Made by a program: the position numbers and the translations under genes. The notes beneath the pieces are model-generated. The model was not told where the DNA came from. It saw only the letters and a list, made by a program, of their open reading frames with translations, and ran no database searches. Below are positions 1-7,584 of a stretch of DNA of 32,000 nt, piece by piece (positions within the stretch are counted from its first letter, which is position 1; every line of letters starts with the position of its first letter). The DNA comes from Chlamydiota bacterium (GTDB lineage: Bacteria; Auribacterota; JACPWU01), in NCBI GenBank assembly GCA_016196885.1, contig JACPWU010000026.1:10082-42081 (forward strand), read 5' to 3'.

Positions 1-251
1 CTAAAGTGATGATCAAAGAGCCTGGCCTTTCCCAGGAGGCCCTTCTCAAAGAAATTCAAAGCCTTCCTCAGCCTCCCAAACCGACCCAGCATGTGGTCAA
101 AAAAGGTGAGTGTCTTTGGTATATTGCAGGATATGATGAAATTTACGCAAATCCCCTCAAATGGCCTAAACTCTACAAGGCCAATCGCGATAAAATTAGA
201 GATCCTGACTGGATTTATCCAGGGCAGGTTTTGATTGTCCCGAGGGACTGA
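1..251 (+). CDS. LysM domain-containing protein, C-terminal part (5' end lies outside the window)
   Basis: Frame 3 is open from the window edge to TGA at 249-251. HVVKKGECLWYIAGYDEIYANPLKWPKLYKANRDKIRDPDWIYPGQVLIVP fits the LysM pattern (V.kGdtLw.IA......W..l...N.....d.I.pGQ.L.iP). Confidence 0.7.
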   Translation, partial: KVMIKEPGLSQEALLKEIQSLPQPPKPTQHVVKKGECLWYIAGYDEIYANPLKWPKLYKANRDKIRDPDWIYPGQVLIVPRD

Positions 252-263
252 AAAAAATCCAAG

Positions 264-319
264 AATCAAAATGAAAAACCAAAATCTAAAATGACTGCAC
301 AGCGACCATTTTGGATTTT
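264..319. repeat. Heptamer-periodic tract plus hairpin
   Basis: AATCAAA ATGAAAA ACCAAAA TCTAAAA (264-291). AAAATCTAAAATG (281-293) pairs with CATTTTGGATTTT (307-319): 13 bp with one G.U pair and a 13-nt loop. Confidence 0.75.
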
Positions 320-404
320 CTTCTTGCCTGTGCCTTCCGTGAAGAATCAAAAATCAGTGATCTTTTCGTCTTTTTAAGATATAATAATAAGGAGAGGAGA
401 TGCA

Positions 405-1457
405 GTGGCAAAAGAAACTCTTCATTTTGCGGATACTCATTTTGCGAGGTCTTTATTTGCTCATGACGACGAGAATTTAGAGCTCGTTGGCCGCGCCTTG
501 AAAGTCAAGGTCGTGTCGCGTGGCGATTTCATCAAAATCATTGGAGATCAAGAAGGGGTCAGAAAGGCCAGACACCTCTTTCAAGATTTGGCCAAGATGA
601 CGAGTTCTGGAAAAACGATTGAGCAGGCTGATATCATCCATGCCTTATCCAATCATGCGGAAAATGGAAGTGAACCTCACGTCATAGAAAATCTTCCTTC
701 GAACGTGATCCACGTTTCATCTCGAAAAAATCTCATTTATCCCAAATCTAAGAGTCAGTCGGATTATATCCAAGCGATTCAGAAATATGATTTGGTTCTT
801 TCGGTGGGACCTGCCGGAACGGGTAAAACCTATTTGGCTATGGCGATGGCGGTTTCTTGGCTCTTAGAAGACCGCGTTCGCCGTGTCATTCTGACACGAC
901 CTGCCGTGGAGGCGGGAGAGAGCCTAGGTTATCTGCCGGGGGATCTTTATGAAAAAATTAATCCTTACTTGCGACCTCTTTACGACGCCCTTTACGACAT
1001 GGTAGAGGTGGATCGTATTCAAAGGTATATAGAGCGTGGTATTATTGAGATTGCGCCTTTGGCCTACATGAGAGGTCGAACGCTCAACGACTCTTTCATT
1101 GTGATGGACGAAGCCCAAAACAGCACGGTTGAACAGATGAAAATGTTTTTGACCCGATTGGGTTTTAATTCCAAGGTGGTGATTACTGGAGATATCACCC
1201 AGGTGGATTTACCTGCTCATAAGCTTTCAGGTTTGGTGCATGCGAGCAAGATTTTAAGCGACATTCGCGGCATTAAAATTGTAAAATTTTCGGACAAAGA
1301 TGTGGTGAGGCATGCCCTGGTGAGGAAGATCATTCGCGCTTATGAAAGGGATCGCTCACCCCATCCACACAGTGAGCCTTCTCGAAAGAGGGCAGCGAGG
1401 ACTTCCAAAGGTGCGGAGTTTACTTCTGAGAATCAGGATGATTTATTGGCAACATGA
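405..1457 (+). CDS. phoH: PhoH-family ATPase (PhoH/YbeZ)
   Basis: GTG start preceded by GGAGAGGAG (391-399). Walker A GPAGTGKTYLAMAMA, then VMDEAQN and ITGDITQVDLP as in PhoH-like proteins. ATGA overlap with the following ybeY matches the conserved phoH-ybeY pairing. Confidence 0.9.
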   Translation: MAKETLHFADTHFARSLFAHDDENLELVGRALKVKVVSRGDFIKIIGDQEGVRKARHLFQDLAKMTSSGKTIEQADIIHALSNHAENGSEPHVIENLPSNVIHVSSRKNLIYPKSKSQSDYIQAIQKYDLVLSVGPAGTGKTYLAMAMAVSWLLEDRVRRVILTRPAVEAGESLGYLPGDLYEKINPYLRPLYDALYDMVEVDRIQRYIERGIIEIAPLAYMRGRTLNDSFIVMDEAQNSTVEQMKMFLTRLGFNSKVVITGDITQVDLPAHKLSGLVHASKILSDIRGIKIVKFSDKDVVRHALVRKIIRAYERDRSPHPHSEPSRKRAARTSKGAEFTSENQDDLLAT

Positions 1458-1930
1458 CTTCACCCAAGAAGGGGACTCCCCGTTTTTTTATTAACATCAT
1501 CAATCGTCAATCAAAATTTAAAATTCATCCTCGTAAAGTGAAGGCTTTGGCCAAGGCTGTTTTATCTCATGAAAAGGTGTTTTCCAAATGGCCTGTGGAG
1601 TTGGATATCTCTTTCGTAACGGATCGTAGAATTCGGACTTTGAATCGCCGATTCTTAGGGCATGAGGGGGCCACCGACGTGATTGCTTTTCCGGTGGATG
1701 CCCTAGCGCCCCAGGGAGCGCCTTGGATGCTGGGAGAAATCGTGGTTTCTTTGGAGAGGGCGAAGGCGCAGTCAAAGACATGGAAAAGAGATTTTCACGA
1801 GGAAGCTCTACTTTATATCATTCATGGCATTCTTCATCTCTTAGGATATCGGGATGATCGGCCTTCCTTGAAAAGAAAAATGTGGGAGAGACAGGATGAG
1901 ATTTTGAAAAAAGTTTTTCAGGGGATTTGA
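1454..1930 (+). CDS. ybeY: rRNA maturation endoribonuclease YbeY
   Basis: 158 aa with the zinc motif HGILHLLGYRD (H-x3-H-x5-H/D class). Start overlaps the phoH stop by 4 nt. Confidence 0.9.
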   Translation: MTSPKKGTPRFFINIINRQSKFKIHPRKVKALAKAVLSHEKVFSKWPVELDISFVTDRRIRTLNRRFLGHEGATDVIAFPVDALAPQGAPWMLGEIVVSLERAKAQSKTWKRDFHEEALLYIIHGILHLLGYRDDRPSLKRKMWERQDEILKKVFQGI

Positions 1931-1942
1931 AGTAAAAAACAA

Positions 1943-1970
1943 GCACGAAATTCGAAGCACGAAGCACGAA
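1943..1970. repeat. Tandem heptamer tract GCACGAA ATTCGAA GCACGAA GCACGAA (one-armed)
   Basis: Direct reading, immediately downstream of the ybeY stop. Confidence 0.8.
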
Positions 1971-2031
1971 ACAAATTCAAAATTCTAATGTTTCAATATG
2001 AAAACGTTATATTTGTGATAAAGAGGCGACA

Positions 2032-2733
2032 ATGTCTTCAAAATGGGTTCAAAGTCTTAACAATGCCGCAGAAGGTTTAATCTTTGTATTCAAGAGCCAG
2101 CGGAACATGAAGGTTCATTTTATCTTCTGTCTGGTGGTGCTTTTAGGGAGTATGTTTTTAAAGATTCATTTTCATGACTTTTTGTTTCTTGCCTTTGCGA
2201 TGACCTTTGTCTTGGTGACAGAGATGGTGAATACCTCATTAGAATTGATGATGGATATGATCAGCGAAAGTTATCATCCGCTGATTCGGGTTGCCAAGGA
2301 TGTCAGCGCAGGAGCCGTTTTGATTGCGACCCTCAACGCCTTGATCGTCGCATATTTGATGATGGCCAAATATCTGAGGCGGCCCTTCTTTTACGGCTTG
2401 GGTCGTGTGCTTCAAACCCCGTGGTATATTACCTTGATTGTGCTTCTTTTGGTTTTGGTTGTTGCCATTGGGATTAAGATTTTTATTGGGAAGGGGACCC
2501 CTTTTCACGGAGGGATGCCCAGTGCCCATGCAGCCATCGCCTTTTCGATTTGGACGGTGGTAACAGTTCTTTCTCGTGATCCTTTGATTATGACACTCAC
2601 TTTTCTGACAGCTCTCATGGTGGCTCAAGGGAGGCTTGCGAGCGGGGCCCACCGCTTTCGCGAAGTTTTCATGGGTGCTGCGTTGGGGATTCTCATTTCG
2701 CTTTTGGTCTTTCAATATATTCATCATCGGTAA
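2032..2733 (+). CDS. Fusion protein: DgkA-type diacylglycerol/undecaprenol kinase (N-terminal) plus PAP2-type lipid phosphatase (C-terminal)
   Basis: aa 1-115: TEMVNTSLELMMDMISESYHPLIRVAKDVSAGAVLIA matches the DgkA core (E.lNSaIE.vvD.i....h.l...AKD.gsaAVl). aa 125-233: GGMPSAHAAIAF and GRLASGAHRFREV resemble PAP2 motifs PSGH and SR-x5-H-x3-D. The protein is hydrophobic throughout. Confidence 0.75.
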   Translation: MSSKWVQSLNNAAEGLIFVFKSQRNMKVHFIFCLVVLLGSMFLKIHFHDFLFLAFAMTFVLVTEMVNTSLELMMDMISESYHPLIRVAKDVSAGAVLIATLNALIVAYLMMAKYLRRPFFYGLGRVLQTPWYITLIVLLLVLVVAIGIKIFIGKGTPFHGGMPSAHAAIAFSIWTVVTVLSRDPLIMTLTFLTALMVAQGRLASGAHRFREVFMGAALGILISLLVFQYIHHR

Positions 2734-2744
2734 AGGGATGCTCC

Positions 2745-3386
2745 ATGTTTTTAAAAGAGGCTCAGCTAGGGTCGCACAAAATTCGGGTGTACTTTCTGAC
2801 CGGATTGGTGGTTTCTTTACCTGTCTTGGGGTCTTTTTGGATTTTATCGCTTCTCTTTGTCAAACTCACAGACTTTATTTTTCGATATGTTTCTCCCGAA
2901 GGTGTGAATTCGGTCTGGGAAAAAATGATGTGGCGCTCGGCGGCTCTGGCCATTTTGTTTTTTGGCGTGGTCTTCATCGGACTCATCGCCCGCAATTATC
3001 TGGGCAAAAAATTGATTCAATGGGGGGAACTCATCTTAGGAAAAATTCCTGTTCTGAATAAAATTTATTCTGCCTTGAAACAAATTTTTGAATCCTTTTG
3101 GGGAAAAGGAAATTCCTTCCGAAGTGTGGTCTTGGTTGAGTTTCCGCGTGATGGGGTCTATTCTGTAGGCTTCGTGACCTCAGAGGGGCGTAATGCAATT
3201 CAAGAGAAAATAGGCCCTGATCGGGTGAGTGTTTTTATTCCAACGGTTCCAAATCCTACGTCTGGTTTTTTTATTTTTATTCCCAAAGACAAGTTAATCA
3301 AGTTGAATATCTCCATCGAGGATGCTTTTAAAATGATCATTTCCAGTGGAATGGTCACGCCTGTGGAGAAAACAATGAAAAATTAA
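2745..3386 (+). CDS. DUF502 family membrane protein
   Basis: Two N-terminal TM segments, then LGKIPVLNKIYSALKQI and IPTVPNPTSGFFIFIPKD, which are characteristic of DUF502 proteins as I recall them. Confidence 0.7.
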   Translation: MFLKEAQLGSHKIRVYFLTGLVVSLPVLGSFWILSLLFVKLTDFIFRYVSPEGVNSVWEKMMWRSAALAILFFGVVFIGLIARNYLGKKLIQWGELILGKIPVLNKIYSALKQIFESFWGKGNSFRSVVLVEFPRDGVYSVGFVTSEGRNAIQEKIGPDRVSVFIPTVPNPTSGFFIFIPKDKLIKLNISIEDAFKMIISSGMVTPVEKTMKN

Positions 3387-3444
3387 GAATGTAAAATGAA
3401 AAATTTTAAAAGGAATTACATTTTTCATTCTTCACTTTTCATTT
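3374..3444. repeat. Heptamer-periodic inverted repeat (AATGAAA type)
   Basis: Left arm: AATGAAA AATTAAG AATGTAA AATGAAA AAT. Apical segment: TTTAAAAGGAATTAC. Right arm: ATTTTTCATT CTTCACTTTTCATTT. The DUF502 stop (3384-3386) lies inside the left arm. Confidence 0.8.
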
Positions 3445-3450
3445 AAAAAT

Positions 3451-4227
3451 ATGACTCCATCCGTCGTTCGAACCTCTGCGATTCTACTCAAAAAGCACGA
3501 CTATTCAGACACCAGTCTGATTGTCACTTTCCTTACTCGCGATTTTGGTAAGATTCAATTTATCATCAAAGGGGCAAAGAAAAAGGGGACGGCTTTTGAA
3601 TATGGATCTTGCTATGAAATTCTCTTCCGGTATCGCCAAGGCCATCGAGGGTTAACCCTTCTAAGAGAGTCCCATCTTGTCAATGGCTTTCCCGCCCTTC
3701 GTAAAAGTGTCTCTCTTTTTTATTGCTCTTCTTATGCGATAGAGCTTCTGGATGCCTTTACAGAGATTGAAGATGAGGATGTCGTGCTTTTTGAAATGAT
3801 GATGATGTTTTTAACTCAATTAGGCATATCACGAGATTTAGAAGAGGTGATACGATCTTTTGAACTGAGGCTGCTTTTGCATCTGGGATTTTTGGGGGAG
3901 ACTTCTTTTTGCCAGGCTTGTAAACAATCCTTTAGATCCAAAGTTTTTTTGGAGGAAAAGAACGGCCGTCTCTTCTGCGAAAATTGTGCTCGGAATCGTT
4001 CGGAGGTCTTTCCCTCAGAAGTGTTCACTACGCTCGAAGACTTGAAAAAGGGCCGTCCTGTGAAGTGGAGTGAAAATCTCAAAAAAGAGATGAAGCGCCT
4101 TCTCTGGTTTTATATTGACTTTCATTTGGAGAAGCCTTTAAAATCGCGAAAATTCTTAACAGAGAGCAATGGGCGTTCAGTCATCAGCATTCAGCTGTCA
4201 GCTGACAGGAAACGGGTTTTTTACTAA
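3451..4227 (+). CDS. recO: DNA repair protein RecO
   Basis: N-terminal OB-fold pattern (SAILLKKHDYSDTSLIVTFLTRDFGKIQFIIKGAKK) and Cys4 zinc finger CQAC...CENC. Sits upstream of glyQS as in many bacteria. The last ~17 codons are read through a heptamer-repeat hairpin element. Confidence 0.85.
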   Translation: MTPSVVRTSAILLKKHDYSDTSLIVTFLTRDFGKIQFIIKGAKKKGTAFEYGSCYEILFRYRQGHRGLTLLRESHLVNGFPALRKSVSLFYCSSYAIELLDAFTEIEDEDVVLFEMMMMFLTQLGISRDLEEVIRSFELRLLLHLGFLGETSFCQACKQSFRSKVFLEEKNGRLFCENCARNRSEVFPSEVFTTLEDLKKGRPVKWSENLKKEMKRLLWFYIDFHLEKPLKSRKFLTESNGRSVISIQLSADRKRVFY

Positions 4228-4252
4228 ACGCTGATTGCTGAGAGCTGATGGC
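4176..4252. repeat. Heptamer-periodic inverted repeat (TCAGC/GCTGA type)
   Basis: Left arm: TTCAGTC ATCAGCA TTCAGCT GTCAGCT GAC. Right arm: CGCTGAT TGCTGAG AGCTGAT GGC. Pairing is 7+5+5 bp with 2-nt mismatches between blocks. The left arm and apex are translated as the RecO tail. Confidence 0.75.
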
Positions 4253-4263
4253 TCCTAAAAAAT

Positions 4264-5157
4264 ATGACAAAAACAAAATCACGAGCAAAAACTTTCACCC
4301 TTCAAGAGATGATTCTCTGTCTGGAATCCTACTGGTCCAGTCAAGGCTGCGTCTTGGGCCAGGCCTATGATGTAGAAGTGGGGGCCGGGACTTCCAATCC
4401 GCTCACCTTTTTTAAGGTATTGGGAAGTGATCCTTGGCGGGTGGCCTATGTACAGCCTTCTCGCCGTCCGGCCGATGGTCGCTATGGCGACAATCCCAAT
4501 CGCGTGTATCAGCATCACCAATATCAAGTGATTTTGAAACCTGCTCCTTTTGATGTTCAGGATCTCTATTTGGCCAGTCTCGAGGCGATTGGAATTGATC
4601 CTTACCAGCATGACATTCGATTTGTGGAGGACGATTGGGAATCTCCCTCTTTGGGCGCGAATGGCTTGGGTTGGGAGGTTTGGTGCGACGGGATGGAAAT
4701 CACTCAATTTACTTATTTTCAGCAAATGGGTGGGATTGAACTTCATCCCATTTCTGTGGAACTCACCTATGGCTTAGAGCGTATTGCCATGTATCTTCAA
4801 AATGTAGAAAATGTTTTTGATTTAAAATGGAATGAAAAATTTTCTTATGGGGAGCTGCGTAAACAATGGGAATATGAATTTTCGCGCTTTAATTTTGAAG
4901 AGGCAAGCGCGCAAAGTTATTTTCATCTTTTTGACGAGAGGGAGAAAGAAGCCAAAAAACTTTTGGAATTGGGATTGGTTTTCCCGGCTTATGACTCCGT
5001 GCTCAAGTGCTCTCATATTTTTAACATCCTAGATTCAAGGCGGGCCATCAGTGTGACAGAGAGAACGGGCTTTATCACAAGAATTCGTGGGATTGCTAAG
5101 GGGTGTGCGCAGAAATACTTGGAAAATCAAAATGCAAATATCAAAATGCAAAATTAA
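4264..5157 (+). CDS. glyQ: Glycine--tRNA ligase alpha subunit
   Basis: Strongly conserved GlyQ blocks: [88 protein letters not shown]. Confidence 0.95.
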   Translation: MTKTKSRAKTFTLQEMILCLESYWSSQGCVLGQAYDVEVGAGTSNPLTFFKVLGSDPWRVAYVQPSRRPADGRYGDNPNRVYQHHQYQVILKPAPFDVQDLYLASLEAIGIDPYQHDIRFVEDDWESPSLGANGLGWEVWCDGMEITQFTYFQQMGGIELHPISVELTYGLERIAMYLQNVENVFDLKWNEKFSYGELRKQWEYEFSRFNFEEASAQSYFHLFDEREKEAKKLLELGLVFPAYDSVLKCSHIFNILDSRRAISVTERTGFITRIRGIAKGCAQKYLENQNANIKMQN

Positions 5158-5193
5158 GGAATTTTTTATTAATAAAACTACATTAATTTTGCT

Positions 5194-5268
5194 ATGAAAG
5201 TTCTTTTTGTAGTCGCCCGATTCATCGGGCAGCCCCATAAATGGGGCGACTACAAAAAGAACTTTCAT
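5194..5268 (+). repeat. REP-doublet (REPIN-like) element, copy 1
   Basis: GTAGTC GCCCGAttcaTCGGGC A GCCCCAtaaaTGGGGC GACTAC (5209-5253) is extended by a perfect 15-bp outer stem, ATGAAAGTTCTTTTT / AAAAAGAACTTTCAT. It lies between glyQ and glyS. Confidence 0.85.
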
Positions 5269-5370
5269 CGCACACGATGATCTCGAAAGATCATTGAAAT
5301 TGATATTTGATTTTTGAATTTAAACCATACGATTAAGCAGTTGTTTATGACTAGAAAAATAACCAAAGAA

Positions 5371-7485
5371 ATGAAAAGAGAAAATCTGCTTGTAGAAATC
5401 GGAACGGAAGAAATTCCAGCCCGTTTTTTAAAAGAGGCTTCGCTTCTTTTTAGAAATCTTCTGGAAGCTTTTCTCAAAGAAAATCACATTTCATATGACG
5501 AAAAAAATGTGAAGAATCTTTTCACGCCTCGACGTCTGACTCTTTTTATTCCGGAAATGATTTTGATGCAAAGTGAAAAAGTCGAAAAAGTAAAAGGGCC
5601 GCCTGTTTCAATTGCCTTAGATGCCCAGGGTGTTTGGACACAGGCCGCGCAGGCGTTTGCCTCCAAGAATGGGGTATCTCTGGATCAATTGATTCGTGAA
5701 AAAACAGAAAAAGGGGAATACCTTTTTGCCGAAAAGAAAATCAGGGGGCGTCTGACGGCAGTCCTTCTCAAAGAAAATTTGGGAACCCTTGTTCAAAAAA
5801 TTCGATTTCCCAAATCCATGCGCTGGGAGAATCGCGACATTTATTTTGCAAGACCCATTCGGTGGCTGATCGCCTTGTTGGGTTCAAAAGTCATTCCCTT
5901 TCAAGTGGGGGACCTCACGGCGGGTCGCGTGAGTTGGGGCTATCGCTGGGCTCAAAATCCGAAGGTGACGATTCCTCGGGCTAATCTTTCTCTTTATCAA
6001 AAGCTTCTCAAGTCAAAAGGCGTTTATGTGGATATTGCAGAAAGGTTAAATTTGATTCACCAGAATGCAAAAAAGGTTTTGGGAACTTCTTTAAAAATTT
6101 CTCCAGATGACGAGGATCTCTTGATGGAAGTCGCCAATTTGGTGGAATTTCCGAACGCGGCCGTTGGCCTTTTTGAAAAAAGATTTCTCTCGCTTCCTCC
6201 CCAAGTTCTTTCGATGGCAGTGAAGTATCACCAAAAGTATATACCGATTTATTCGAATGGAGAATTGACGGACCGCTTCTTGACGGTTTTTAACGGGCCC
6301 CGTTCCATTGTTCGCACGGTCCTTCTGGGGAATGAACGTGTGTTGAGGGCGAGGCTCACCGATGCTGCCTTTTTCTGGGAGCAAGATCAGAAGAAGAAAT
6401 TGTCGGAAAGGGTAGAGGATCTTAAACATGTTGTCTTTCAAGAGAAATTGGGGACTTATTTTGATAAGAAAGAAAGATTACTTCATTTTGTTGATCTCTT
6501 GAAGGATCAGTTAAAAAATGAAAATGAAAGTAACTCCCCCAACCCCTCTTCATTTGAAAAATTAAAAAGAGCTATCAATCTTTGCAAGGCTGATTTAGTG
6601 ACCTCCATGGTGGGCGAGTTTCCTGCGCTCCAGGGGATTATCGGTTCGGAATATGCGCATCTATCCGGAGAAGATCGAGAAGTGGCCCAGGCCATTGGAG
6701 AGCATTACCTTCCCCTCAGTGGCTCGGAGGGAAATTTACCCAAGACCCTTCTTGGATCGTATCTTGCCTTTCTGGATAAATTAGACAGCGTCGTGGCTTC
6801 TTTTAAAATGGGGCTGATGCCTACAGGTTCTCAAGATCCCTACGGTCTTCGGCGTCTGGGTTCAGGGCTTTTGAGAATCCTTTATGAGAAGGGGATTTCT
6901 CTCACTCTCACCCTCTTTATTGAACGGGGTTTAAAGCAGGCCCCTATCAAGGATATTTCACCTGAGCCCCTTCTTAAATTCTTCGCAGAGCGTCTTGAAA
7001 ATTTATTTTTATCTTTGGGATTTCACCACGATTTGGTTCGGGCCGTTGTGGCTCAGCAATCCCAAAATCCTTCTAAGGCTTATCAGATTTTGAAAGAGCT
7101 GAAAGGTGTTCAGGAAGAACCCTTTTTTCAAGAGGCGATCACCCTTGTCGAGAGAACTTCCAATATTTTAAAGGGAGCCCCAGTTCAAGATGGCTCGGTA
7201 GATGAGACTTTGCTCAAAGAACCTCAGGAAATAGAGCTTTACAGGACCTATCAATCCAACTATGATAGCGTGTTTCATTTGGCCCAAACGGGGGCCTTTG
7301 CCAAGGCGACTTCAGAGTATGCAAGGATTTTTGGTCCCTGTGTTCATGCCTTTTTTGACAAGGTATTGGTGAATGTGAAGGAAGAGCCCGTACGTCAGAA
7401 TCGTTTTCGATTGTTGAAGAAAATTCACGGGCTTTATGCAAATCAGATAGCAGATATTTCGAAATTAGGGAAAATACTGTCGTGA
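5371..7485 (+). CDS. glyS: Glycine--tRNA ligase beta subunit
   Basis: MKRENLLVEIGTEEIPARFL is the canonical GlyS N-terminus, so ATG 5371 is preferred over the TTG at 5314 used in the ORF track. The size (about 700 aa) and position after glyQ fit. The TGA stop lies inside the first heptamer of the downstream repeat. Confidence 0.9.
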   Translation: MKRENLLVEIGTEEIPARFLKEASLLFRNLLEAFLKENHISYDEKNVKNLFTPRRLTLFIPEMILMQSEKVEKVKGPPVSIALDAQGVWTQAAQAFASKNGVSLDQLIREKTEKGEYLFAEKKIRGRLTAVLLKENLGTLVQKIRFPKSMRWENRDIYFARPIRWLIALLGSKVIPFQVGDLTAGRVSWGYRWAQNPKVTIPRANLSLYQKLLKSKGVYVDIAERLNLIHQNAKKVLGTSLKISPDDEDLLMEVANLVEFPNAAVGLFEKRFLSLPPQVLSMAVKYHQKYIPIYSNGELTDRFLTVFNGPRSIVRTVLLGNERVLRARLTDAAFFWEQDQKKKLSERVEDLKHVVFQEKLGTYFDKKERLLHFVDLLKDQLKNENESNSPNPSSFEKLKRAINLCKADLVTSMVGEFPALQGIIGSEYAHLSGEDREVAQAIGEHYLPLSGSEGNLPKTLLGSYLAFLDKLDSVVASFKMGLMPTGSQDPYGLRRLGSGLLRILYEKGISLTLTLFIERGLKQAPIKDISPEPLLKFFAERLENLFLSLGFHHDLVRAVVAQQSQNPSKAYQILKELKGVQEEPFFQEAITLVERTSNILKGAPVQDGSVDETLLKEPQEIELYRTYQSNYDSVFHLAQTGAFAKATSEYARIFGPCVHAFFDKVLVNVKEEPVRQNRFRLLKKIHGLYANQIADISKLGKILS

Positions 7486-7564
7486 GTCGTCGGTCGTGAG
7501 TCGTGAGTTTTAAAGGTGTTATTTTTTACTCACGACTCACCCCTCACGACTCACGACAGTATTT
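7472..7564. repeat. Heptamer-periodic inverted repeat, family B (GTCGTGA type), full copy
   Basis: Left arm: 4 units GTCGTGA/GTCGTCG (7479-7506). Apex: GTTTTAAAGGTGTTATTTTTTAC. Right arm: 4 units TCACGAC/TCACCCC (7530-7557). The outer arms AAATACTGTCGTGA/TCACGACAGTATTT are perfectly complementary. The glyS TGA lies in unit 1. Confidence 0.9.
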
Positions 7565-7584
7565 AAAAACGGAGGATTTTTTTC

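Noticed and set aside
380-385. TATAAT at 380-385 upstream of phoH.
   Set aside because: It lies only about 20 nt from the GTG start and overlaps the RBS region. The -35 position reads GTGATC, so promoter function is doubtful.
5035-5268. Small ORFs at 5035-5268(-), 29062-29286(-), 31163-31441(+) and 31277-31477(-) that share peptides such as VVAPFMGLPDESGDY, which suggests a conserved small-protein family.
   Set aside because: The shared peptide is simply the translation of the REP doublet repeat in one frame. The ORFs have no RBS, differ outside the repeat and overlap intergenic structure.
5314-5370. The upstream TTG starts used in the ORF track for glyS (5314) and ppc (14748).
   Set aside because: Homologue N-termini (MK..LLVEIGTEEIP for GlyS; M....L..DVRFL..LLG for PEPC) begin at the internal ATGs 5371 and 14775. 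The extensions run into repeat or promoter sequence.
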